Assembly (NCBI GenBank): GCA_965238035.1
Contig: OZ250163.1
Location: forward strand, 1,711,575 to 1,775,574
Origin: Phototrophicaceae bacterium
GTDB lineage: Bacteria > Chloroflexota > Anaerolineae > Aggregatilineales > Phototrophicaceae
Direction: 5' to 3'
Length of the DNA stretch: 64,000 nt
Part shown: piece after piece, positions 1-9,261 of the stretch
How the letters are laid out: the number at the start of each line of letters is the position of its first letter
How positions within the stretch are numbered: the first letter of the stretch is position 1
Translations under genes and position numbers: made by a program
Notes under the pieces: model-generated
Seen by the model: the letters and a program-made list of their open reading frames with translations, nothing else
What the model was told of the DNA's origin: nothing
Database searches by the model: none

Positions 1-61
1 TACCTGGAATCGGACGCGCGCGTTGAGCTCCTGTACAAAAGACCAGTCATTGAGGTAATTC

Positions 62-847
62 ATGTTCAAGGTAACGAAATACCCGCAAGGCACTTTCTCC
101 TGGGCGGACTGCAGCAGCAGTGACGGCAAGGCCGGCACGCAGTTCTACGCCGAACTCATGGGCTGGGAAGTGATGGACATCCCCACGGCTCCGGGCATGA
201 GCTACTCCATGTTCATGCAGGAGGGCTGCGCCGTCGCCGGGCTGAGCGGCATGCCGCCAGGCATGGAGCGGGCGCCGCTGTGGAACAACTATGTGACCGT
301 GGAGAATCTCGCGGCCATGGTGCCACAGATCGAGGCGGGCGGCGGCAGCATCATCGAGCCGCCGGTCCAAATGGGTAATGAAGGTCACATGCTGGTGCTG
401 CGGGACCCCGGCGGCGCCGAGCTGGCGCTGTGGCAGCCGCTGAACACGATCGGCGCCGGCCTCGTCAACACGCCCGGCGCCCTGTGCTGGAACCAGCTTT
501 ACACGCGGGAACCGGAGGCGGTCAGGGCTTTCTACAGCATGCTGCTGGGCTGGGACTTCCAGGAGGACGAGACCGGCAGTTTCATGATCCTGAACAAGGG
601 GCGCCTGAACGGCAACATGATCACTATCAGCGAGGACATGGGCGACATGCCGTCCATGTGGCTGCCGTACTTTTCCGTGGCCGACATCGAGGCGGCGGCG
701 GAGCGCGTGAAGGCGCTGGGCGGCGCGGTGCACATGGGCCCGTTCGACGTCGGCGGGGGCATCGGCCGCTTCCTGCTCTTCACCGACCCGCAGGGCGCGC
801 ACTGCTTCCTGATTCAGCTCAACGCGCCGGAGCCCTGGGTCGAGTAG
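62..847 (+). CDS. VOC (glyoxalase/bleomycin-resistance/dioxygenase fold) family protein with two tandem halves
   Basis: 261-aa ORF starting at ATG 62. It has two internally similar halves (FYAELMGWEV... and FYSMLLGWDF...), typical of duplicated VOC modules. Competing frames are Arg/Ala-rich GC artefacts. Confidence 0.8.
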   Translation: MFKVTKYPQGTFSWADCSSSDGKAGTQFYAELMGWEVMDIPTAPGMSYSMFMQEGCAVAGLSGMPPGMERAPLWNNYVTVENLAAMVPQIEAGGGSIIEPPVQMGNEGHMLVLRDPGGAELALWQPLNTIGAGLVNTPGALCWNQLYTREPEAVRAFYSMLLGWDFQEDETGSFMILNKGRLNGNMITISEDMGDMPSMWLPYFSVADIEAAAERVKALGGAVHMGPFDVGGGIGRFLLFTDPQGAHCFLIQLNAPEPWVE

Positions 848-1129
848 TCCTGCTCACAGAGAAACAGCGACACCGCGCCACAAGGCAGCGTGGTCGTTGT
901 TTACAGCGCCTGGAAGCGCAGGGCAGCCCGGCTGAAAACCCGTTTGGTCTGAGCGAACATAGGTACCTTCATGCGTCTGATTTTCGCAGGCGCCAGCATT
1001 TCCTGTTAGAATAACCATCGTGGCCTGGCGCAAGTAACCAGGGGATTCTGCTGTATTTGAAATGTGCCGGGGTCCGGCTGCTTGCTGGCGGCCACCGTCC
1101 GGGTTGAAAGAGTTTGGGAGGAAAGCGCA

Positions 1130-1600
1130 GTGGACAAGGATGCATTGAGAAGGGGAATCGTGCCGGGCGTGATAGCCGGTTATCTGTTCCTCGCCTTTAT
1201 CGGAGCGGGCATGGTGCCCGTTATGGATGCCGAAGGCGCCATGACCGGAATGGAAATGGGCATGGGCATGCTGGACAGTGTCGGCAACACGATTGGCAGC
1301 AGCGCGTTGGTCGGCTTCATCCTGCATGTCGTCATCAGCGCGGTGTTTGGCGCCATTTACACCGGCTTCTTCCTCAACTACGTAAAACTGGGCAACGCCC
1401 TGGTAAACATCGTGGTCGGCGGCCTGATATATGGCCTCATCGTGTGGATCGTCGTCGGCAACATCATCGCACCGGCCATTTCCGGCGGCGAGGTGCTGCA
1501 GCTGTCTATTGGCCCCAGCTTCTTCGGCCACATCATCTTTGGCCACTTACTGGCCTTCATCGTCCTGCGCGACTCATTGATGAGCGCCGCCAGCGAGTAG
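1130..1600 (+). CDS. Hypothetical integral membrane protein (about 4 TM)
   Basis: In frame with track ORF 1064-1600. I trimmed the start to GTG 1130, which lies 7-13 nt downstream of GGGAGGA. The product is hydrophobic and Gly/Ile/Val-rich with clear TM segments (VIAGYLFLAFIGAGMV, ALVGFILHVVISAVFGAIY, IVVGGLIYGLIVWIVVG). I recognise no family. Confidence 0.55.
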   Translation: MDKDALRRGIVPGVIAGYLFLAFIGAGMVPVMDAEGAMTGMEMGMGMLDSVGNTIGSSALVGFILHVVISAVFGAIYTGFFLNYVKLGNALVNIVVGGLIYGLIVWIVVGNIIAPAISGGEVLQLSIGPSFFGHIIFGHLLAFIVLRDSLMSAASE

Positions 1601-1668
1601 CAGGCGTTATTTCAACCTGAGGCGTGACAGCAAGAGCGACACGCTGAACCAGATGTGCGGGGCCGTGA

Positions 1669-2550
1669 TTAACCTTTCACGGCCCCCAGCGTGAAGCCCT
1701 GCACCAGCCGGTCGAGGAAGAGGTTGTAGACCAGCCCGACCGGGATGGCGACCAGCAAGGCCGAAGCCAGCAGCGGCTGCCAGAAGAATACATCCCCGCG
1801 GATCAGCTCGGTCGGCACGCCCGTGCTGAGCGTGCGCGCGTCCGAACGTGAAATGAACACCAGCGCGTAGATGAATTCGTGTAGCGTCAGCGTGAACGAG
1901 AAGACCACCACCGAGATTACGCCGGGCCGCGCCAGCGGCAGCACGACGCGCCAGAAGGCCTCGTAGCGATTGAAGCCATCCACCAGGGCCGCCTCCTCCA
2001 GCTCGGGCGGGATGGACTTGAAGAAGCCCATCAGCAGCCAGGTGCTGAAGGGCACCGTGATGCTGGGGTACACCAGAATCAGCGAGAGCAGCGAATCCTT
2101 AAGCCCCAACTGCACGATAATGCGGAAGAGCGGGATGAAGAGCAGCGTGGGCGGCACGAGATAGACGATGAACATGAGGATGCCCGCCTGCTCGCCCCAG
2201 CGCCCGGTCAGGCGCGCCAGGGCCCAGGCGGCCGGCAGCGCCAGCGCCAGCGTGACGACGACGACGGCGATGCCGGTCACCACCGAGTTGCGAACGAAGG
2301 AGAGGTAGCGCGTGTCGTTGAAGAGGTTGTCGAGGTGCTCCAGCGTGGGCGTATCCTCGAAAGCGAAGGGGCTGGCGCCGCGCTTGTAGAGGTCGGTATC
2401 CGTCTGGAAGGTGACGATGCCCATCACGAGGAAGGGCGACACCGCCAGCAGGCAGAAGAACAGCACGACCGTGGTGAAGAGCGTCCCGCGCAGCACGCGT
2501 CCCGCCCGGGAGCCGCGCGGCGTGGGCACGTCCAGCGTTGCGCTGGCCAT
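1669..2550 (-). CDS. Carbohydrate ABC transporter permease (MalG/UgpE-like)
   Basis: 293 aa with 6 TM and an EAA-type loop (LEEAALVDGFNRYEAFWRVVLPLARPG). Its start shares 1 nt with the upstream permease stop (TGATG). Confidence 0.9.
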   Translation of the reverse strand: MASATLDVPTPRGSRAGRVLRGTLFTTVVLFFCLLAVSPFLVMGIVTFQTDTDLYKRGASPFAFEDTPTLEHLDNLFNDTRYLSFVRNSVVTGIAVVVVTLALALPAAWALARLTGRWGEQAGILMFIVYLVPPTLLFIPLFRIIVQLGLKDSLLSLILVYPSITVPFSTWLLMGFFKSIPPELEEAALVDGFNRYEAFWRVVLPLARPGVISVVVFSFTLTLHEFIYALVFISRSDARTLSTGVPTELIRGDVFFWQPLLASALLVAIPVGLVYNLFLDRLVQGFTLGAVKG

Positions 2551-3491
2551 CAGCGGATCTCCGCGCGACTGGCCGTGCGCAGCAGCACGACCGCCACAAC
2601 CAGCAACACCGGGAAGATGAAGAGTGATATGGCCGCGCCCTGGGCCAGGTTGCCGCCGTCGATGCCGACGAGGAAGGAATACATGGGCAGGGTGAGGGTG
2701 TGGGTGATGGGGCCGCCGCGCGTCAGGATGTAGACGACCGTCAGGTCACCAAAGGTGAAGATGAAGCTGAAGAGCAGCGAGATGAGCATGATGGGGAAGA
2801 TGAGCGGCAGCTTCACCTGAAAGAGCGTGCGGAAGTAGCGCGAGCCATCCACCTGCGCCTGATCGAGGATGTCGGTGGGGATGGAAGAGAGGCCGGCCAT
2901 CAGGATGACGGTTGCCAGCGGCGTCATGCGCCAGACGTGTACGAAGATGACCGAGGCCTTGGCCAGCAGCGGTTTGCCCAGCCAGACCAGGTTGTTGGCG
3001 GGCCCAAAGACCGTCCCCGGCCCGAGCAAGTCGATCTGGCGCAGGATGTAGTCGATGGGGCTGTACTTTGAATCGAACATCCACAGCCAGCCCACCACCG
3101 ACAGCGCCAGGGGCGTCGCCCAGGGCAGGATCAGCAGCATGCGCGCGAACCACATGCCGGCACGCGCGCTGCGGCGGTCCGGCAGCGGCGTCGTCAGCAG
3201 CAGGGCAAGGATGTTGGCGAGGACGAGGGTGAAGAGCTGGGCGATGGCGGTGAAGAGGAAGGAGTTGAACAGCGCGGCGCGGAAGGCGGGCGAGGCCCAC
3301 ACGTTCCCGAAGTTGCGCAGGCCGACGTAGTTGAAGGAGGCATCGCCAACCGTCGCCGTGCTCACGCTGAAGAGCAGGGACGTGATGAAGGGCAGCCCCA
3401 CCAGCAGCAGGATATAGAGCGTTGCCGGCAGCAGAAAGACGATGCCCATCAGGCGGTTATCATCCAGCCAGCGGGACATTAGCGCGCTCAT
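2550..3491 (-). CDS. Carbohydrate ABC transporter permease (MalF/UgpA-like)
   Basis: 313 aa, polytopic, with an EAA-like loop (LDQAQVDGSRYFRTLFQVKLPL). It has an ATGA overlap with the upstream ATPase gene. Confidence 0.9.
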   Translation of the reverse strand: MSALMSRWLDDNRLMGIVFLLPATLYILLLVGLPFITSLLFSVSTATVGDASFNYVGLRNFGNVWASPAFRAALFNSFLFTAIAQLFTLVLANILALLLTTPLPDRRSARAGMWFARMLLILPWATPLALSVVGWLWMFDSKYSPIDYILRQIDLLGPGTVFGPANNLVWLGKPLLAKASVIFVHVWRMTPLATVILMAGLSSIPTDILDQAQVDGSRYFRTLFQVKLPLIFPIMLISLLFSFIFTFGDLTVVYILTRGGPITHTLTLPMYSFLVGIDGGNLAQGAAISLFIFPVLLVVAVVLLRTASRAEIR

Positions 3492-4534
3492 CCGGCCGCC
3501 TCCTGTGCCAGACGTTCGCCGCTGTGGCGGTCGAAATAGTGCAGCTGGCCGCGCGCCACGCCGAATTCACAAACGCTGTCCACCGGGATTTCGGTGGTCA
3601 CGTTGCTGGGCAGGCGCGCCACGGTGAGCTGCATTTCGCCGCGGTAATCCGGCATCTGGCCGTAGAGCAGCCGGTCGGAGCCGAGGTTCTCCACGCGCAG
3701 GATGTGCCAGGCGAAGGGCTCCCAGGCTTCGCCGGAGGGCAGCTCGGTGACGGGCAGCAAATGCTCCGGCCGGAAGCCGCGCTGCACACTCTCCGAAACC
3801 AGTTGCAGGTTCATGCCGGGCGAGCCGAGGAAGGTAGCCACGAAGGTGTTCTGCGGCAGGTCGTAGATGGCCTGCGGCTCGCCGATCTGCTGCACGCGCC
3901 CGTCGCGCATGACGACAATGCGGTCGCCAAGGCCCATCGCCTCGATCTGGTCATGGGTAACGAAGACCGTGGTGATGCCCAGTTTGCGCTGAAAGCCTTT
4001 CAGCTCGTCGCGGGCATAGGCGCGCAGCCTGGCGTCCAGGTTGGAGAGCGGCTCGTCGAGCAGCAGCACCTCCGGCTCGGAGATGATGGCGCGGGCGATG
4101 GCCACGCGCTGGCGCTCGCCGCCGCTCAGCTGGCGCGGGCGCCGGTCGAGCAAGTGCTCGATCGAGACCATCTGCGCGGCCTGGTGCACGCGCTGCTCAC
4201 GTTCCTGGCGGTCCGGGCAGCGGCCCTGGGCCTTGAGCGGGAAGCCGATGTTGCCCGCCACCGACATGTGGGGATAGAGGGCGTAGGACTGGAAGACCAT
4301 GGCGATGCCGCGCTTGCGCGGGGGCAATAGCGTGACATCGCGTTCGCCGATGCTGATGCGGCCGGCTTCCGGTTTCTCCAGCCCGGCGATGGTGCGCATC
4401 AGGGTTGTCTTGCCGCAGCCGGAAGGCCCCAGCACGACGAGAAATTCGCCGGATTCGATAGCCAGGTCGACGCCGGCCACGGCCTCCACCTCACCGAAGC
4501 GCTTGACGATGCCCTGAATGTTGACTCTGCTCAT
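3488..4534 (-). CDS. ABC transporter ATP-binding protein (MalK/UgpC family)
   Basis: 348 aa. Walker A is GPSGCGKTT, the signature is LSGGERQR and Walker B is LLLDEPLSNLD. There is a C-terminal MalK-like regulatory domain. Confidence 0.9.
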   Translation of the reverse strand: MSRVNIQGIVKRFGEVEAVAGVDLAIESGEFLVVLGPSGCGKTTLMRTIAGLEKPEAGRISIGERDVTLLPPRKRGIAMVFQSYALYPHMSVAGNIGFPLKAQGRCPDRQEREQRVHQAAQMVSIEHLLDRRPRQLSGGERQRVAIARAIISEPEVLLLDEPLSNLDARLRAYARDELKGFQRKLGITTVFVTHDQIEAMGLGDRIVVMRDGRVQQIGEPQAIYDLPQNTFVATFLGSPGMNLQLVSESVQRGFRPEHLLPVTELPSGEAWEPFAWHILRVENLGSDRLLYGQMPDYRGEMQLTVARLPSNVTTEIPVDSVCEFGVARGQLHYFDRHSGERLAQEAAG

Positions 4535-4698
4535 GCTGCGCCCCTGTGCCAGCCCACGTCTCCGCCGTGCATCATGCTGTCACCCGCGCTCAACTTTCCC
4601 CTTTGCAGGCGCAATCGTGATTATAGTCGACGAGTCGGCGGGGCGCATGGTTCTGCTGCGCTGGCGCCTGGCTGGCCGTCTGGACAGCAGCAGCGCAA

Positions 4699-4773
4699 GG
4701 GACGGGCCGCCTCCATGCAGAAGCGGCCCGGTTGCTGCTGTGTCGGCCGGGGGCGGGCGTTGCGGCCCGTCCC
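4699..4773 (-). promoter_or_regulatory. Intercistronic stem-loop between the binding-protein gene and the ATPase gene
   Basis: Perfect 12-bp inverted repeat, GGGACGGGCCGC (4699-4710) and GCGGCCCGTCCC (4762-4773), inside the 268-nt gap of an otherwise tightly packed operon. Confidence 0.25.
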
Positions 4774-4802
4774 CCGGTGAAGCTGGTCTTGCTGCGCGTC
4801 CG

Positions 4803-6128
4803 TTAGCCTTCGCCACCGGCGACGAGGCCCTTGGCGCGCCAATCCGCGAAGATCGCCTCGGCGCGGGCATGGGCTTCGGCGACGGAGTCCTCGGCCGTCT
4901 TCTCGCCCAGTGCCACGCTGGCGACCATATTGACGACAATGTTCTCGGCGAAGACCTGCATGACCGCCGGGTTTGCGGTGCCCGGGTAGCCGATGTAGAC
5001 CGACCAGTCATTAACAGTCTTCAGCACGTCCAGCTTGTCCGCCGGGTTGGAGCCGAAGGGATCCTCATCCAGCCAGCCGTCCAGCTCCGGCACGGTACTG
5101 GCGTAGCAGGGGAAGTTGTAAAGCTCGGAGTTGTAGACGGCGTCGCTGTAGTTGGCCGTGTGGTCCAGGATGAACTGCCTGGCGGCTTCCAGCTCGGCAC
5201 CCTCAACGTATTTGGGGATGACGTAGATCTGCCAGACGTGGCTGCTGGCGAAGGCGCCGACCGGCCCCTCCAGCGCAGGCACGAACTGGATGTCCTCGGC
5301 AGCCTCGGGGTCGATCTTCTGCAGGCTGCGGAAGGCGGAGATGGAGTTGAGGATGTAGCTCAGCTCACCGGCAATCAGCCCCTGGTTGTTGGAAGAGGGC
5401 GTCCAGCCGAAGACTTCTTCGGTCATCGCGTCGTTCTGCAGTTGCGCATAGAACTTGACCGCCTCGATGGTCTCGGGCGAGTTGAGCACGACGTTTTCAT
5501 TCTCGTCCTGTACGCTACCGCCCCAGGCCCAGATGGCGGCGCGGGTGGCCATGCGGCTGTCCAGCTCGGGGCTCAGGCCGAGGCCGAGGGGTACGCCCAG
5601 GTTGTCCTTGATGTACTTGCCACCGTCATACAGTTCCTGCCAGGTGGAGGGGCCGTTCGGCAGACCGGCCTCGGCCCAGAGGCTGGCCTGGTAGTCACCG
5701 GGATCCGGAATGTAGCCATGGGTGAAGCCGTAGAAGGTGTCGTTGATGGGCAGGTAGCTGGTCGCCAGGCAATTGGAGGTGCGCTCGCCGTGCGCCGCTT
5801 CGGCCGCTGCGTTGAGGTCGTTGAGCGGGTGCAGGCCCTCAATGAAGGCCGCCGGCGGGAAGGCCATCTCGATGATGGTGTGGCCATCGCCGGCATCGAT
5901 TGCGGCAGAGAGGGCGGCCGGCAACTCGCCCACGGAGACGTGGTCGACGGTCACGTTAATGTCGTTGGCCACGCCCCAATCCACCGCGTAGGCATCAAAC
6001 CATTCGTCGTAGCGGGGCACAAAATGGCTCCACTGCAACAGCGAAATACTCATTTCGTCCTGGGCGAGAGCCGCCGGCGCGAGGACGAGCACGCTCGCCA
6101 GTAGCAGAAAAACAAGGTTACGAAACAT
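4803..6128 (-). CDS. ABC transporter extracellular solute-binding protein (sugar type)
   Basis: 441 aa with an N-terminal signal peptide (MFRNLVFLLLASVLVLAPAALAQ). Size and composition fit family-1 SBPs, and it sits at the head of the ABC operon. Confidence 0.85.
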   Translation of the reverse strand: MFRNLVFLLLASVLVLAPAALAQDEMSISLLQWSHFVPRYDEWFDAYAVDWGVANDINVTVDHVSVGELPAALSAAIDAGDGHTIIEMAFPPAAFIEGLHPLNDLNAAAEAAHGERTSNCLATSYLPINDTFYGFTHGYIPDPGDYQASLWAEAGLPNGPSTWQELYDGGKYIKDNLGVPLGLGLSPELDSRMATRAAIWAWGGSVQDENENVVLNSPETIEAVKFYAQLQNDAMTEEVFGWTPSSNNQGLIAGELSYILNSISAFRSLQKIDPEAAEDIQFVPALEGPVGAFASSHVWQIYVIPKYVEGAELEAARQFILDHTANYSDAVYNSELYNFPCYASTVPELDGWLDEDPFGSNPADKLDVLKTVNDWSVYIGYPGTANPAVMQVFAENIVVNMVASVALGEKTAEDSVAEAHARAEAIFADWRAKGLVAGGEG

Positions 6129-6258
6129 AAGAAGCCTCCTGTTTGATCACGCGTTTATGCATCCTGGAGCGGGCTCAGCAAGTGGGCCCGACTCCTGCGT
6201 AACAGTATAGCCCGCAGGAGGCAGTTGCGCATGTTTATTGGTTCGGTGCTGGAGGGGC

Positions 6259-6399
6259 GGCCCTCACCCTAAATCCCTCTCCCTCAGGGAGAGGGACTTT
6301 AAGAACATGGGTCGTAGCAAACAGTCTTTCTCCCCTCTCCCGGCGGGAGAGAGGGTTGGGGGGTGATGATGGCTGTCTTCGCGGGGCCAGGGTGAGGGC
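6259..6399. repeat. Nested-palindrome intergenic repeat element, copy 1
   Basis: Bounded by GCCCTCACCCT ... AGGGTGAGGGC. Contains the perfect hairpins CCCTCTCCC-TCA-GGGAGAGGG and CTCTCCCGGCGGGAGAG. Confidence 0.8.
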
Positions 6400-6419
6400 A
6401 GGCCCGACTGCCCGGTGCT

Positions 6420-7499
6420 TCAGAAGAGGCGCCTGGCGAGGCCGAGGGCGCCCTGCTTCCAGGGGACGCGATGTGTCACGCCCGTGGCCGAGGCGAAGCG
6501 TGACAGGTTGGCTACGTACCAGTCGTAGTTGCGGATCAGGGACTCGCGGTTGGAATAGCGCGGCTGCCAGCCCAGCGCGTCCTGCGCCTTTTCGATGGAG
6601 ACGAAGGAATCGCGCACCGCGGTCTCGTAGACCCAGGGGTAGAGCGGCGACAGGCCCAGGCGGTCCAGCGCGCGCAGCGCCCAGAGCGCCGGCGCCACCG
6701 GCATTGGCAGCACGCGCTTGCCGAAGCCGGCGTGATCCAGCACCGCCTGGAAGTCCTCGCGGAAGGTGCCGAAGCGGGCGGCGCCGATGTTGAAGGTCGT
6801 ATTGACGCGCTCCTGCGCCAGGGTCGCGCAGAGCCAGATGGCCTCGCACAAATCTTCCACGTCCAGATACTGGTAGAGGTTGTCGCCGCGGCCGGGGATG
6901 GGGAAGTGGCGCCCGTCGCGCGCCCAGTCGTAGAGCAAGGCGAAGACGCCGAGGCGTTCGGGTCCGATGAAGGACTTGGGACGCAGCACAGTCAGGCAGA
7001 GGCCATTCTGGCGCGCCTGCAGGCAGAGCTGCTCGGCCTCAATCTTGGCCTCGCCGTAGGGGCCCACGCCTACCAGCGCATCTTCTTCCGACAGCGGGTG
7101 ATGCTCCGGCACGCCGTAGACGGCCGTGGAGGAGATGTGGATGAGGCGTTTGACACCGGCGGCGCGCGCGGCCTCGATGACGTTGCGCGTGCCATCCACC
7201 TCGGTTGAGAAGATGTCGGCGCGGCTGTAGAGCGGCAGAGCGGCCGCGCTGTGCACGACGACGTCGACGTCGCGCATGGCCGTGTCGACCGCCGCGCGCT
7301 CGCGGATGTCGCCACGCAGGGCGCGTACCTGATCGCGCTCGGGGTAATCGAAGTCCAGCAGATCGAGCGTGGTCACGCGCTCGCCGCGCGCCAGCAGCAG
7401 GCGCGCCAGGTTGATGCCGAGAAAGCCCGCGCCGCCCGTGATCAGCCAGGAGCGATTCGCCACACACGCCTCCGTCGCTTGCCGGATTGGCGCGCGCAT
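6420..7499 (-). CDS. NAD-dependent epimerase/dehydratase family protein
   Basis: 359 aa with an N-terminal Rossmann motif (WLITGGAGFLGINLARLL). Extended-SDR architecture. Confidence 0.85.
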   Translation of the reverse strand: MRAPIRQATEACVANRSWLITGGAGFLGINLARLLLARGERVTTLDLLDFDYPERDQVRALRGDIRERAAVDTAMRDVDVVVHSAAALPLYSRADIFSTEVDGTRNVIEAARAAGVKRLIHISSTAVYGVPEHHPLSEEDALVGVGPYGEAKIEAEQLCLQARQNGLCLTVLRPKSFIGPERLGVFALLYDWARDGRHFPIPGRGDNLYQYLDVEDLCEAIWLCATLAQERVNTTFNIGAARFGTFREDFQAVLDHAGFGKRVLPMPVAPALWALRALDRLGLSPLYPWVYETAVRDSFVSIEKAQDALGWQPRYSNRESLIRNYDWYVANLSRFASATGVTHRVPWKQGALGLARRLF

Positions 7500-7528
7500 T
7501 GTAGCACAGGCGGGGGTTTTGCTCGGGA

Positions 7529-7697
7529 GCCCTCACCCCATGTACGCGAAGGCATGCTTCGCGCCCTCAGGGAGAGGGGGAGAAAGGCTGTTCAGAACCG
7601 TTACCAGCTTCTAAAGCTCCCTCCCTGAAGGGCTCCCGTCGTGAGCGACGGGAAAGGGCTCCCGTTGAAGATGGGAATAGGGGCCGGGGGTGAGGGC
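7529..7697. repeat. Nested-palindrome intergenic repeat element, copy 2
   Basis: Bounded by GCCCTCACCCC ... GGGGTGAGGGC. Internal hairpins are CGCGAAG-GCATG-CTTCGCG and CCCGTCG-TGAG-CGACGGG. It also contains CCCTCAGGGAGAGGG. Confidence 0.8.
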
Positions 7698-7748
7698 TGG
7701 TGAAACATGTCTTCGCCCACAGGGTGAAGACCGCCCGCAGATTGCCGC

Positions 7749-7778
7749 TTGACTCGTTGCGGCGCTTGTGTATATGAT
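7749..7778 (+). promoter_or_regulatory. Putative sigma-70-type promoter of rho
   Basis: TTGACT (7749-7754), an 18-nt spacer, then TATGAT (7773-7778), in an AT-richer patch about 175 nt upstream of the rho ATG. Confidence 0.4.
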
Positions 7779-7951
7779 AGCGGACAGGCAGGAATATCTG
7801 CTCGTATCCCCGGTACGTTCCGACACTTTCACCAGGCCACAAGAGACATCCCGCATGAACCCGGACTTACGGGCCTGCCCCCGTACCCCATACCCGAATC
7901 ATGTGCCGCACCACACTCATGGCTGCGACGCACTCCAGGACAGGATACCCC

Positions 7952-9253
7952 ATGGACATCGCACAGCTTGACCAGAAGAACCTCGAGGATCTGCGCACGA
8001 TCGCGCGCGAATCCGAAATCACCGGCTTCAGCCGCCTCAAGAAACCGGCTCTGATCCTTTCGCTGCTGCGCCACGATGCCGAAAAGCGGGGCCACCGGCT
8101 GCGCGGCGGCGTACTCGACATCGTCAGCGACGGCATCAATTTCCTGCGCGCGGAGAAGTATCTGCCCGGCCCCAACGACGTCTACGTCAGCCAGACGCAG
8201 GTCCGTCGCTTCGGGCTGCGCACCGGCGACATGGTCATCGGCCAGGTGCGTGCCCCGCGCGATAACGAAAAGTATCACAGCCTGCTGCGCGTCGAGGCCG
8301 TCAACGGCATGAACCCGGAGAAGGCCCGCAATCGTGCCACCTTCGAGCACCTCACGCCGATTTTCCCCGAGGTGCGTTTCAACCTCGAGACCAACCCGCG
8401 CATCCTTTCCACGCGCCTGCTCAACCTGATCGCACCCATCGGCCGCGGCCAGCGCGGCCTGATCGTCTCGCCGCCCAAGGCCGGCAAGACCACCGTGCTC
8501 AAGGAAGTGGCCAACGCCATCAGCGAGAACTATCCCGACGTGCACCTGATGATCGTGCTCATCGGCGAGCGGCCGGAAGAGGTCACCGACATGGATCGCT
8601 CGGTAGACGCCGAGGTCATCGCCTCCACCTTTGACGACCCCGTGCAGCACCACGTCAAGGTGGCCGAGATGGCGCTCGCGCGGGCCCGCCGCCTCGTCGA
8701 GAGCAAGCGCCACGTGGTCATCCTGCTGGACAGCATCACCCGCCTCGCACGCGCCTACAACCTCGTCGTCCCCAGCAGCGGGCGCACGCTTTCCGGCGGC
8801 ATCGACCCCTCGGCCGTGCATCCGCCGAAGCGCATTTTCGGCGCCGCCCGCAACGTCGAGGAAGGCGGCAGCCTGACCATCGTCGCTACCTGCCTCGTCA
8901 ACACCGGCAGCAAGATGGACGACGTCATCTATGAGGAGTTCAAGGGCACGGGCAACATGGAGCTGCACCTCAGCCGCAAGCTGCAGGAGCGCCGCATCTT
9001 CCCCGCCTTTGATATCGGGCAATCTTCCACCCGCCGCGAGGAGATGCTGCTGGGGCCGGACCTGATCCAGCGCGTCTATACCCTGCGCCGCATGATTTCG
9101 CACCTCGCCGACGACGAAAACGGCTCTTACATCGGCGCCTACGAGCAACTGCTGACCCAATTCCGCCGCAGCGACAGCAACGAGGAGTTCCTCGATTCGC
9201 TGCCCGGCTCAAGCCCTGCTGTCAACAATCACCGCAACCGTCGCTTTGCCTGA
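7952..9253 (+). CDS. rho: Transcription termination factor Rho
   Basis: Start trimmed to ATG 7952 ([20 protein letters not shown]). Has a Rho N-terminal domain, Walker A (SPPKAGKTT), LIGERPEEV and the C-terminal RecA-like core. Confidence 0.95.
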   Translation: MDIAQLDQKNLEDLRTIARESEITGFSRLKKPALILSLLRHDAEKRGHRLRGGVLDIVSDGINFLRAEKYLPGPNDVYVSQTQVRRFGLRTGDMVIGQVRAPRDNEKYHSLLRVEAVNGMNPEKARNRATFEHLTPIFPEVRFNLETNPRILSTRLLNLIAPIGRGQRGLIVSPPKAGKTTVLKEVANAISENYPDVHLMIVLIGERPEEVTDMDRSVDAEVIASTFDDPVQHHVKVAEMALARARRLVESKRHVVILLDSITRLARAYNLVVPSSGRTLSGGIDPSAVHPPKRIFGAARNVEEGGSLTIVATCLVNTGSKMDDVIYEEFKGTGNMELHLSRKLQERRIFPAFDIGQSSTRREEMLLGPDLIQRVYTLRRMISHLADDENGSYIGAYEQLLTQFRRSDSNEEFLDSLPGSSPAVNNHRNRRFA

Positions 9254-9261
9254 GCGCCCGA

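Noticed and set aside
848-1129. A 280-nt lower-GC untranslated stretch upstream of the small membrane-protein gene, examined for a riboswitch or small RNA.
   Set aside because: I could not recognise any known riboswitch, SRP, 6S or tmRNA consensus by eye. Only trivial short hairpins are present. A covariance-model scan (Rfam) would be needed.
4518-6104. 528-aa plus-strand ORF.
   Set aside because: It is antisense to the solute-binding protein gene, which has a signal peptide and SBP-like sequence. Its composition is Arg/Gly/Ala-rich and low-complexity.
7829-9160. 443-aa minus-strand ORF.
   Set aside because: It is antisense to rho, whose identity is certain. It has GC-artefact composition.
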